Source of the DNA: Lentisphaeria bacterium | Lineage (GTDB): Bacteria; Verrucomicrobiota; Lentisphaeria; Victivallales; Victivallaceae | DNA length: 64,000 nt | NCBI GenBank assembly: GCA_017507125.1 | Contig: JAFWBQ010000079.1 | Coordinates: 1,732 to 65,731 of the forward strand | Direction of reading: 5' to 3' | Shown here: piece after piece, positions 56,305 through 64,000 of the stretch | How positions within the stretch are numbered: position 1 is the stretch's first letter | How the letters are laid out: each line of letters begins with the position of its first letter | Notes under the pieces: generated by a model | What the model was told of the DNA's origin: nothing | Database searches by the model: none | What the model saw: only the letters and a program-made list of their open reading frames with translations | Translations under genes and position numbers: made by a program

Positions 56305-57147
56305 TCACTTTGCGAATGACTTCAACAACGCAATTTCATCTTTCCAAATGTTTTCATCGGGCGTTTCCAATATCAACGGAACGTTATCAGTTCTCGGGTC
56401 TTCGATCAGGCGTTTGAATGTTTCCACCCCGATGTTTCCTCTGCCGATACTGTCATGCCGGTCAAGTCTGCTGCCGCAGCTTCCTTTTGCATCGTTGAGA
56501 TGCATACCTTTGAGAAATTTCATACCGATTTTCCGGTCAAACTCCGCCCAGAAATTTTCGTATCCTTCACAGGAAACGAGATCATATCCGGCAGCAAAGG
56601 CGTGACATGTATCAATACAGACCCCGCAACGGTCACTCATTTGTGTTTTTTCGATCATTGCCGCCAACTGGTCAAAGTTCCATCCCATATTGCTCCCCTG
56701 CCCTGCGGTATTTTCAAATACAGCGGTAACGTCCGGAACCGCTTCAAGTGCCTCTCTGACACTTTGAGCGATCAAAGCAATATCTTCTTCATCTGAGACC
56801 TGCTTCAGGGAACTTCCCGGATGAAAGTTCAGCAGTCCGATTCCCAACTGACGGCAGCGTTCCAGTTCATTGATAAAAGAATCAATGGCTTTTCTGCGTT
56901 TTTCCGGATCAGGCTGCCCCAGATTGATGAGGTAACTGTCATGAGCAAGGATCAGCTTCCCGGAGTATCCGCAGGCGGCGCAATTTTCCTTAAAAGCCTT
57001 CTCAGATGCCTCACTGCAGGGGGGAGCGCTCCACTGCCGCTGATTTTTAGTAAACATGGCAAAAGCAGATGCTCCGAGAGCGGCAGCATTGAGAGGAGCA
57101 TTTTCAACGCCCCCGGAAATACTTACATGTGCACCTATATATTTCAT
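56305..57147 (-). CDS. nfo: Endonuclease IV (AP endonuclease)
   Basis: MKYIGAHVSISGG...FTKNQRQW matches the E. coli Nfo N-terminus as I recall it, so the start is set at ATG 57147; the longest ORF starts at 57168. Confidence 0.9.
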   Translation of the reverse strand: MKYIGAHVSISGGVENAPLNAAALGASAFAMFTKNQRQWSAPPCSEASEKAFKENCAACGYSGKLILAHDSYLINLGQPDPEKRRKAIDSFINELERCRQLGIGLLNFHPGSSLKQVSDEEDIALIAQSVREALEAVPDVTAVFENTAGQGSNMGWNFDQLAAMIEKTQMSDRCGVCIDTCHAFAAGYDLVSCEGYENFWAEFDRKIGMKFLKGMHLNDAKGSCGSRLDRHDSIGRGNIGVETFKRLIEDPRTDNVPLILETPDENIWKDEIALLKSFAK

Positions 57148-57168
57148 ATTCTTGAAAGGTTCCTTCAT

Positions 57169-58140
57169 TTACTGTTGTTCAGGCAATTTGTCATCCCTGC
57201 ACATCTGACATTCTCTGATGATCGTACCAAGTATATCTGAAATCTCCTCATAATCCGGACGGTTGGCAGGAAGAAAATCCAGCATTCCCGCAACCAGGAT
57301 CGACAAAACAGGAGGAGCTTCAGGCACTAAAGCCGTCAAAGGCTGAAACTGCATATTTTTACGACGTCCGAAAATCATCTCGGTATCTCCGTGCAGACCG
57401 AAAGGAGCAATGCCGGAAATAAGTTCATAGATGGTCACGCCCAGACTGAAAATGTCTCCTTTGTAATCTTCGCCGCCGGAAAAAATCCTTTCCGGACTTG
57501 TATAAATGGGACTTGCCCACATGGAACAGGGAGTGTAAACATCCCCGGGGTCCCGGTAATCGGCAATATCCCAATCGCCGAGTTTTGCTTCATCATCAGC
57601 AGTCAGCATGATGTTGGCGGGCTTGATATCGTGATGAACGATGTTGTTGTTGCGGCATTCCACCAGCAGAGGGATCAGCGAGAGGATCCAGGAAAGGATC
57701 CGGCCCCTGCCCGGCAATTTCCCCTGTCTCAGCATCTGTTCCAGATCTCCGTGCTCCATATAGCGCATCACCAGAAAGGATTTTCCATCAAATGTGCCGC
57801 AATTGTAAACCGGAACGATCCCCGGACAGGTGATTTTTCCGCTCATTCTGGCGCAATTTACAAAACGTTTGGCAGCTTCACTTGTTTCTTCACTTTCTTC
57901 GGGAGATCTGTCATTTTCGATTTTCACAGCCACCCTGCGTGCCAGTTCCGGTTCAAGGGCACGGTAGACGGTGGAATCCCCACCCTTGCCGCAGATTTTC
58001 TCAAGAAGATAGCGTTCAAAACTCTTCGGCACCCTGAGCATAGCCCCGCACTCCGGACAGGGAACCTTTTCAAAAGGCGTAAAATCGCTCAGATCAAGTT
58101 TTGCATGGCAGCTTCTGCAGTTGATCTTTACTTCTTGCAT
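57169..58140 (-). CDS. Ser/Thr protein kinase (Hanks type) with an N-terminal CxxC...CxxC zinc ribbon
   Basis: Gly loop GKGGDSTVY, VAVKI Lys, catalytic loop HHDIKPANIML, DWD in place of DFG, and SPE. The zinc ribbon is CRSC-16-CPEC. Confidence 0.85.
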   Translation of the reverse strand: MQEVKINCRSCHAKLDLSDFTPFEKVPCPECGAMLRVPKSFERYLLEKICGKGGDSTVYRALEPELARRVAVKIENDRSPEESEETSEAAKRFVNCARMSGKITCPGIVPVYNCGTFDGKSFLVMRYMEHGDLEQMLRQGKLPGRGRILSWILSLIPLLVECRNNNIVHHDIKPANIMLTADDEAKLGDWDIADYRDPGDVYTPCSMWASPIYTSPERIFSGGEDYKGDIFSLGVTIYELISGIAPFGLHGDTEMIFGRRKNMQFQPLTALVPEAPPVLSILVAGMLDFLPANRPDYEEISDILGTIIRECQMCRDDKLPEQQ

Positions 58141-58142
58141 TT

Positions 58143-58955
58143 TTACGGGATCTCCTGAATATCCATAGTTCCGTCAACGTGCCGCCAGGCTTTGAAACAG
58201 TTATCCTGAGAAAGCACAGCAAAAGGGAGCTCGTTCCGGTTCAAACGCTGAAGCTGGCTCCGGATATTTTCATAAACAAGATCCGGGGTGTTGCACTCGG
58301 AACTGCGGTGTGCGAGCAGCAACAGTTCGCTGCGGTCTCCCAGCAAATTTTCCAGAGCGGCGGCGGCGGCACGGTTATCCAGATGCCCATGCCGGCCGTC
58401 GATGCGGTTTTTCAACGAAAGAGCCCGATCGGAGTTGCGGAGCATGTCCACATCATAATTACTTTCCAAAACCAAAATCTCACAATTGGCGAGATTACGC
58501 CTGACCATGGGACTGACTTCACCGAGATCTGTAGCTATCCCCACCTTGAATCCGCCGCAGCTGATGACAAAACCCACAGGATCAATGGCATCATGCTGCA
58601 CGGAAAAACTGGCGATCTTGAAATTCCCCAGAGCGAACTGTTCCCCGGGTTCAAAGCTCCAAAGCAATTCCGGCAGTCTGGCATTTTTTCTTTTTTTCAT
58701 GGCAAGGACATTTCCAGCGGCGCACAGCGGTATCTTCAAAGTATCGCAAAACACAGGAGCTCCGTTCAGATGATCCGTATGCTCGTGGGTCAGCAGCACA
58801 CATTTGATGGAAGAGGGATCAAAACCCAGTTTTTCCAAACGCTTCAAAAGTTCTCTGCGGGAAAATCCGGCATCCACAAGGAGCGCCTCTTTCCCGTAAG
58901 AAATGATCAATGAATTTCCTTTGCTGCCGCTGCCCAACACACCTATTTTCAACAT
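58143..58955 (-). CDS. MBL-fold metallo-hydrolase (YycJ/PhnP-like)
   Basis: MLKIGVLGSGSKGNS N-terminus and the HxHxDH motif (LTHEHTDHLNG). Confidence 0.85.
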   Translation of the reverse strand: MLKIGVLGSGSKGNSLIISYGKEALLVDAGFSRRELLKRLEKLGFDPSSIKCVLLTHEHTDHLNGAPVFCDTLKIPLCAAGNVLAMKKRKNARLPELLWSFEPGEQFALGNFKIASFSVQHDAIDPVGFVISCGGFKVGIATDLGEVSPMVRRNLANCEILVLESNYDVDMLRNSDRALSLKNRIDGRHGHLDNRAAAAALENLLGDRSELLLLAHRSSECNTPDLVYENIRSQLQRLNRNELPFAVLSQDNCFKAWRHVDGTMDIQEIP

Positions 58956-59102
58956 ATTTCAGAAACTTCTGTCAAAATTTGCAAATTTTACAAAAAAAAC
59001 TGTTTTTTTCACTGGAAAAATCACGTTTATAAATGTAAATTCTATTTGTGTAAAAATCAAATCGTTTTTTCACCAATTTTCAAAAAAAAAAAGAAATTTT
59101 TT

Positions 59103-60533
59103 ATGGCCGGCACATTTTCAAACAGCAACAATCTGCAGCTTGATGCAAAACAGACCCAGCAGCAGCATCTGACCATGAAACAGCGTCAGGCGCTTGAGGT
59201 TCTCTTTCTTTCGCGTCAGGAACTTGAGACAAAACTCAATGAAATGCTGCTCACCAATCCTTTGATCGAAGTCGAAGAAGTGCCGGAGGATGCCCTGAGT
59301 CTGTCCGATTCCACAGAAAGAGATGTTCAGGAAGGGACTGAAGACGAATCCCTTTACGAAGCAGAGATCTACGAAAACAGTGATTCCTGGAACGAAGAAT
59401 TGCCCCTTCCCCCGGAACAAACAATCGACAGCAGAGAAACTGTTGAAGATTTTCTGCTCTATACACCGGCTCAGGAGCGTCCGCTGCGTGAAACACTCCA
59501 GTCAGAGCTGAATCTCTGCAGCGGTCTTACATCCGCAGTACGGGAGGCTGCCGAAAACATTATTCTCAATCTGGATGATGACGGAATGCTCAGAACACCT
59601 CTTGAGGATATTGCCATGAGTTGCGGAGCCTCCATGGATGAAATCTCTCAGGCCCTGCAGATTGTCCGGCAGTTTGATCCTCCGGGGATCGGAGCCAGAA
59701 ATCATCAGGAGTGTCTTCTGCTCCAACTGGAGCGGAAGGGAGAAAAAACACCCCTTTTTGAAAAACTTCTGAACGATCACTTTGATGATCTGATGCGGAA
59801 CCGTCTTGATGCTGTGGTCCGGAAACTGGATATTTCAATGAACGATCTGGAAGAGATGTTTCAGAAACTGCGTCAGCTCAATCTGATTCCTGTCACAGTC
59901 CCCTCTCAAGCAGGTACAGTCATCATCCCGGAAGTGGAAATAGTCAGAAATGAGGAGGGTTCCTTTTCTGCGTCTCTGCTCAGAGAGAGACGCAGTTATA
60001 AATTATCCCCCTATGCCGATCTGGCATCTTCCGCAGATGCAGGGGCGGATTTTGCCGCCAAAGCAAAAGAGGGGAAAAACCTTCTTGAAGCCCTGGAGTT
60101 CCGCAAGGGGACCATATTGAGAATGGCGGAAATGCTTATAGAGGTTCAGCGTCCGTTTCTGGAGTCCGGACCGGAAAAATTGCGTCCCTTTACCATGAAG
60201 CAGGCGGCGGAGTATCTGAAATTCAAAAGCGAAAGCACCATCAGCCGTGCCGCGGCCTCAAAATATGTGAAGACGCCCCACGGCGTTTTTCCCTTCAAAT
60301 ATTTCTTCACAACAGGTTATATCAGTGAAGACGGCGACAGTGTGTCAAGAACTGCCGACATGGAACTTTTGAAAAAACTTGTTGATGAAGAAGATAAAAA
60401 GCATCCGCTTTCAGATGACAAACTTTCTCAGCTTCTCAACCAGGCGGGACATCCTGTTGCCAGAAGGACCGTTGCCAAATACCGTGATTTGCTGAAGATC
60501 CCAAGTTCAAGTTTAAGAAAGGAACACTTTTAA
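59103..60533 (+). CDS. rpoN: RNA polymerase sigma-54 factor
   Basis: RpoN box ARRTVAKYR near the C-terminus, HTH region and Gln-rich N-terminus (QQQHLTMKQRQ). Start trimmed to ATG 59103 (MAGTFSN). Confidence 0.9.
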   Translation: MAGTFSNSNNLQLDAKQTQQQHLTMKQRQALEVLFLSRQELETKLNEMLLTNPLIEVEEVPEDALSLSDSTERDVQEGTEDESLYEAEIYENSDSWNEELPLPPEQTIDSRETVEDFLLYTPAQERPLRETLQSELNLCSGLTSAVREAAENIILNLDDDGMLRTPLEDIAMSCGASMDEISQALQIVRQFDPPGIGARNHQECLLLQLERKGEKTPLFEKLLNDHFDDLMRNRLDAVVRKLDISMNDLEEMFQKLRQLNLIPVTVPSQAGTVIIPEVEIVRNEEGSFSASLLRERRSYKLSPYADLASSADAGADFAAKAKEGKNLLEALEFRKGTILRMAEMLIEVQRPFLESGPEKLRPFTMKQAAEYLKFKSESTISRAAASKYVKTPHGVFPFKYFFTTGYISEDGDSVSRTADMELLKKLVDEEDKKHPLSDDKLSQLLNQAGHPVARRTVAKYRDLLKIPSSSLRKEHF

Positions 60534-60535
60534 AG

Positions 60536-61327
60536 ATGCACGATATTCATTTTCATACAAATCTTTCCGCCTGTGCCAAAAGAGAATCAACCCTCAAAGA
60601 GATGCTCAGACATTTGAAAGAAGCCGGAGTTTCCACTGCCGGTATCGCCAATCACACCTGGGACTCTAAAGTTCCGGGCGCCTCGGCATGGTATGCGCCT
60701 CAGAATGTTGAACACGTGCTTTCGGTCAAAGAAGAGTACAACACTCTTTCTGAGGAAGAGCGCTGCGGTATTAAACTCTACTTCGGATGCGAAACTGAAT
60801 ATGTGGGACAAGGCAGAGTCGCATTAAAGAAAGAGTCCGCCCGACTCTTTGACTTTGTTCTTGTGCCCGCCCACCACTTTCACATGAAGAACTTCGTCTG
60901 TCCTGTTGAGCTTGAAGATGCGCCGGGGATCCGCCGCCTGCTGCTGGCGCGATTCTATGAATGCTGCAACATCGATTTTGCATTCGGCATCGCCCACCCC
61001 TTTGTGGTAAGTACAGCCGGAAGACTTGATGAGGTCATATCCGGAATTTCCGACCGGGAATTTTCTTCGGCCTTTTCCTGCGCCGCAGAAAAAAACAAAT
61101 CCATAGAAATCAACATCAGCGCCCTTTATCAGAAAGCCGCCCCCGATGCTGACGGACTTCCTGCTGAATATGTGCGGGTTTTCACTATTGCCAGAGAGTG
61201 CGGCTGCAAATTCCATCTGGGATCAGATGCCCATGAAGTTTCCCGTCTCGCTCCGGAGCGTTTTGCTTTTGCGCTGAAATTTGCCGACCGTTGCGGAATT
61301 GTACTGCCAGAAGATCCTCTAAAATAA
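60536..61327 (+). CDS. PHP-domain (polymerase/histidinol-phosphatase-like) metal-dependent phosphoesterase
   Basis: MHDIHFHTNLS N-terminal His motif, later HH and H..D blocks (PAHHFH, LGSDAHE). Confidence 0.7.
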   Translation: MHDIHFHTNLSACAKRESTLKEMLRHLKEAGVSTAGIANHTWDSKVPGASAWYAPQNVEHVLSVKEEYNTLSEEERCGIKLYFGCETEYVGQGRVALKKESARLFDFVLVPAHHFHMKNFVCPVELEDAPGIRRLLLARFYECCNIDFAFGIAHPFVVSTAGRLDEVISGISDREFSSAFSCAAEKNKSIEINISALYQKAAPDADGLPAEYVRVFTIARECGCKFHLGSDAHEVSRLAPERFAFALKFADRCGIVLPEDPLK

Positions 61328-61347
61328 ATCCAAGTATCCAAATAAAT

Positions 61348-63192
61348 ATGAAATTCAATGATTTTTCCCTGTCTTTCTCGCACATCACCCGCGGAGAAGC
61401 TCTCTTCTGGTCCGCCGGAACGCCTCACTTGCAGGGCACGGCAAACGCTCTTGCAGCAAAAGTTCTTTCTCAGCTGCCCTGGGCGGTTTCAGTCAATCTT
61501 GAACTCAAGAGTCAGGAAAAATTTTCTGATGAGGGATACGAGCTTGACATCAAAAAAGAGTGTGTTCATCTTGCCGCAGCCTCTCAAAGAGGAGTGCTCT
61601 ACGGCGCATGGAGCTTGATCCGTTTCGGCGAACTTGAAGAAAAGTTTGAGTGTCACATCATTGACACGCCCCAAGCCTCCCGGCGGGGATTGAAACTTTA
61701 TCTGCCGCCCCCTGATGCAGCGTCTTTGAAAGAATTTTATGCCATTATTGACCTGGCTGTCCGGTATAAATACAATTTTGTCATGTTGGAACTGGGCGGT
61801 GCCATGGAATACAAGAGCCACCCGGAAATCAATGAAGCTTATTTGAAATACGCCTCTTTCATGAATGAGTATCCTGCCAAAGCCATGAAACTTCAACACA
61901 GTTTCTCATGGAGCAAGAACTCCATTCACACTGACAACGGCGGCGGTCTGATCCTCTCTCAGCAGCTGCTGAAAGAAATCATCGCTTTCTGCGAAGAGCG
62001 GGAACTTGAAGTTATTCCGGAAGTCCCCAGTCTTTCTCATTGCGACTATATTCTTGCCGCCCATCCTGAACTTGCAGAAAGGAAAGAAGACCCTTATCCT
62101 GACACAGCGTGTCCGGCAAAAGAGGAATATTATACGCTCCTTTTTGATCTGCTGAAAGAAACCGTTGACCTCTTTCACCCCAAGCGCATCAACATCGGTC
62201 ACGATGAATATTACTCCATCGGACTTTGCCCTGAATGCAGTAAAAAAAGTGCACCGCAGATCTACGCCGGCGACATCAACCGCACTGCGGCATTTCTGAA
62301 AGGTCTGGGGGTGGGAACCATCATCTGGGGGGACAAACTTCTCAACGCCCATTTTCTCACCGGCAGCCCCTGCGGCGGAGCAGAGATCCCTGCGGGGGCC
62401 GACGGTTTTGCAGGAGTACCTGCAACATATCCCGCCATAGATATGATTGATGAGGAGGTGGAAATATTCCACTGGTACTGGAGCATTGCCAGAGAACTGG
62501 ATCAGGAATATGACACGCGCGGCATGAAGTACCTTTTCGGGAACTTCGGAGCCGTGGAGCTCCCTGATTGGACCAAACGCAGTTCGGCAAAAAATTTTCA
62601 GGGTGTCTGTGTTTCCAACTGGGGCCGCAGCGATTACGAAACTGTGCGGCGCAACGGCATACTTTTTGATCTGATATGCAGTTCCTGTCTCTGCTGGAAC
62701 TGTAAAATCGGCAGCGAGGATTATACAAAACTTTTGAAGATGGCTTCGGAAGAACTGCTTCAGCTGAACCGCAACCGTCTCGGCGCCGGGACTCCTGTTT
62801 TTGAAATCACTCACACAGTGGATACCGGTATTGAGTTTCTCTACTTCTTTGACGGAAATTTTATCGTTGAAAGCGACTTTTTGCTGGGGGATCATGTTTA
62901 CTGTACGGACTCCGGCGAAGAGTATACATTCCCGGTGATCTTCGGCAAAAATATTTCCAATGCAGTCAATTCCCCCGGCAGGATCTGCGATCCCCTGAGT
63001 GATTTTGACCGTTACGTCGTCAACCGCCAGTACATTGAGATTCTCGGCGGAGCTGAGCCGTTCAGAGATACGGACGGCAGGATGTGGTACAAAACAGTTT
63101 ATCCCCACCCGGCTCCCGAAAAAAAACTGATTTACAAAGAGTTCCGCATCCGGGGCAGGCACAACTGTCGTGTCAGTGTAAAAGAGCAATAA
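61348..63192 (+). CDS. GH20-like (beta-N-acetylhexosaminidase family) glycoside hydrolase, cytoplasmic
   Basis: GH20 N-domain-like EGYELDIKKECVHLAAASQRGVLYGAWSL and a catalytic-region block INIGHDEYY. Start trimmed to ATG 61348 (MKFNDFS). Confidence 0.6.
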   Translation: MKFNDFSLSFSHITRGEALFWSAGTPHLQGTANALAAKVLSQLPWAVSVNLELKSQEKFSDEGYELDIKKECVHLAAASQRGVLYGAWSLIRFGELEEKFECHIIDTPQASRRGLKLYLPPPDAASLKEFYAIIDLAVRYKYNFVMLELGGAMEYKSHPEINEAYLKYASFMNEYPAKAMKLQHSFSWSKNSIHTDNGGGLILSQQLLKEIIAFCEERELEVIPEVPSLSHCDYILAAHPELAERKEDPYPDTACPAKEEYYTLLFDLLKETVDLFHPKRINIGHDEYYSIGLCPECSKKSAPQIYAGDINRTAAFLKGLGVGTIIWGDKLLNAHFLTGSPCGGAEIPAGADGFAGVPATYPAIDMIDEEVEIFHWYWSIARELDQEYDTRGMKYLFGNFGAVELPDWTKRSSAKNFQGVCVSNWGRSDYETVRRNGILFDLICSSCLCWNCKIGSEDYTKLLKMASEELLQLNRNRLGAGTPVFEITHTVDTGIEFLYFFDGNFIVESDFLLGDHVYCTDSGEEYTFPVIFGKNISNAVNSPGRICDPLSDFDRYVVNRQYIEILGGAEPFRDTDGRMWYKTVYPHPAPEKKLIYKEFRIRGRHNCRVSVKEQ

Positions 63193-63314
63193 AATTTTCA
63201 CAAACCGGGCAGGAGCTGTCAGCAGCCGGATGATTTCATACAGGAACATGAAATTCTGATAAAAAGGTGAAGAAAGCTGGGTGGAAAAATTTTCTGTTTT
63301 TTTGTTCTTTTTCC

Positions 63315-63343
63315 TTGACGCAGAATAAATCATGAGTTATATT
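63315..63343 (+). promoter_or_regulatory. Predicted promoter TTGACG-17-TATATT for the terminal Gfo/Idh/MocA gene
   Basis: -35 at 63315-63320 and -10 at 63338-63343, 44 nt before ATG 63388. Confidence 0.6.
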
Positions 63344-63387
63344 ATAGAAACCCGCGTAGAAACAGCTAAAAACAAGGGAGTTTTACT

Positions 63388-64000
63388 ATGCAAAAGAAAA
63401 GATATGCAGTTTGCGGTGTATCATCAAGAGCCATCTACATGTACATCGGTCCCATGCTCCGTCAGTTCAAACATTGTGCCGAACTGGTGGGTATGCTTGA
63501 TATCGATCCGCTCCGTTTTCAGGTCTGCAAAGATCAGATCCCCGAAGCCAAGGATGTGCCTGAATATCTGGCAGCTGACTTTGACAAGATGATGGCTGAA
63601 ACCAAACCCGATGCCATCCTCGTGGTCTGTATGGACCGTTTCCATGTTGATTACATCGTCCGCGGACTCGGTTATGATGTTGACGTCATCTCCGAAAAGC
63701 CCATGACCACCAACACCGCTGATGCTCTCAAGGTGATGGAAGCAGAGAAGAAATCCAAAGGTAATGTTATCTGTACCTTCAACTACCGTTATAACCCTGT
63801 CCACTCCAAGATCCGTGAAATGATCGTTGACGGCAAGATCGGTAGAGTCACTCATGTTGACCTGAACTGGTACATCGACATCAAGCACGGCTCCAGCTAT
63901 TTCCATCGTTGGAACCGTATGCGTGAGAACTCCGGAAGTCTTTCCATCCACAAGGCCAGCCATCACTTTGACCTTGTGAACTGGTGGGTCGACGGCGTTC
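63388..64000 (+). CDS. Gfo/Idh/MocA family oxidoreductase, N-terminal ~204 codons (runs off window end)
   Basis: Not in the ORF track (no stop in the window). Translation from ATG 63388: MQKKRYAVCGVSSRAIYMY...DVDVISEKPMTTN (EKP motif) ...FNYRYNP. Preceded by AAGGGAG. The antisense ORF 63424..63966 is rejected. Confidence 0.8.
   Translation, partial: MQKKRYAVCGVSSRAIYMYIGPMLRQFKHCAELVGMLDIDPLRFQVCKDQIPEAKDVPEYLAADFDKMMAETKPDAILVVCMDRFHVDYIVRGLGYDVDVISEKPMTTNTADALKVMEAEKKSKGNVICTFNYRYNPVHSKIREMIVDGKIGRVTHVDLNWYIDIKHGSSYFHRWNRMRENSGSLSIHKASHHFDLVNWWVDGV

Noticed and set aside
63332-63966. ORFs 63332..63592 (+) and 63424..63966 (-) at the right edge.
   Set aside because: Both overlap, out of frame or antisense, the open frame starting at ATG 63388. 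That frame has a Gfo/Idh/MocA N-terminus and EKP motif and is preceded by a promoter and an AAGGGAG ribosome-binding site.

Overview
This is a 64-kb stretch of compact, single-copy bacterial chromosome, roughly 95% coding and about 50% GC by eye. I can support 58 protein-coding genes; both window edges cut a gene. I also support 13 sigma-70-type promoters with a very uniform TTGnnn-17-TATATT layout, one clean intrinsic terminator, and a few repeats and palindromes. I see no rRNA, tRNA, CRISPR array, transposase, integrase or phage genes.

Content falls into three groups:
- Housekeeping: pyrR-pyrB-pyrC, accA, ffh, ribBA, tgt, prmA, ybaK, nfo, rpoN, class I fumarate hydratase.
- Envelope and transport: Mla-like ABC system, ExbB-ExbD-TonB, PlsC, an LPS-kinase-family protein, an L,D-transpeptidase, a Na/Pi cotransporter.
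- A glycan-utilisation-flavoured right half: three SGNH-esterase-type proteins, two Gfo/Idh/MocA oxidoreductases, GH78-like, GH20-like and CapA-like proteins, and secreted CBM-like proteins.

A Minf_1886-family small protein (recalled as restricted to Planctomycetes/Verrucomicrobia), plus the many secreted glycan-active proteins, suggest a PVC-superphylum organism (Lentisphaerota/Verrucomicrobiota-like). That is inference only.

Genes sit in long co-directional arrays with nine ATGA start/stop overlaps and two convergent 3-prime overlaps. I did not find a recognisable defence island, toxin-antitoxin pair, biosynthetic cluster or mobile element.

The best candidates for something undescribed are modest:
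1. A tandem pair of ~400-aa paralogs with an invariant Cys triplet, inside an envelope-lipid gene array (1729-4158).
2. An HPr-like phosphocarrier wedged between a CBM-SGNH lipoprotein and a GT-C/TPR membrane protein (43387-47992).
3. A Na/Pi cotransporter carrying an N-terminal lipoprotein Ig-like module.
4. A TonB linker with four near-identical 63-bp repeats.
5. Two perfect palindromes placed on promoters.

Limits: all family calls come from motif recognition in the supplied translations, and no searches were run. Small-site coordinates were counted by hand and may be off by a base or two. The ORF track allows GTG/TTG starts and always takes the longest ORF, so I trimmed several starts.
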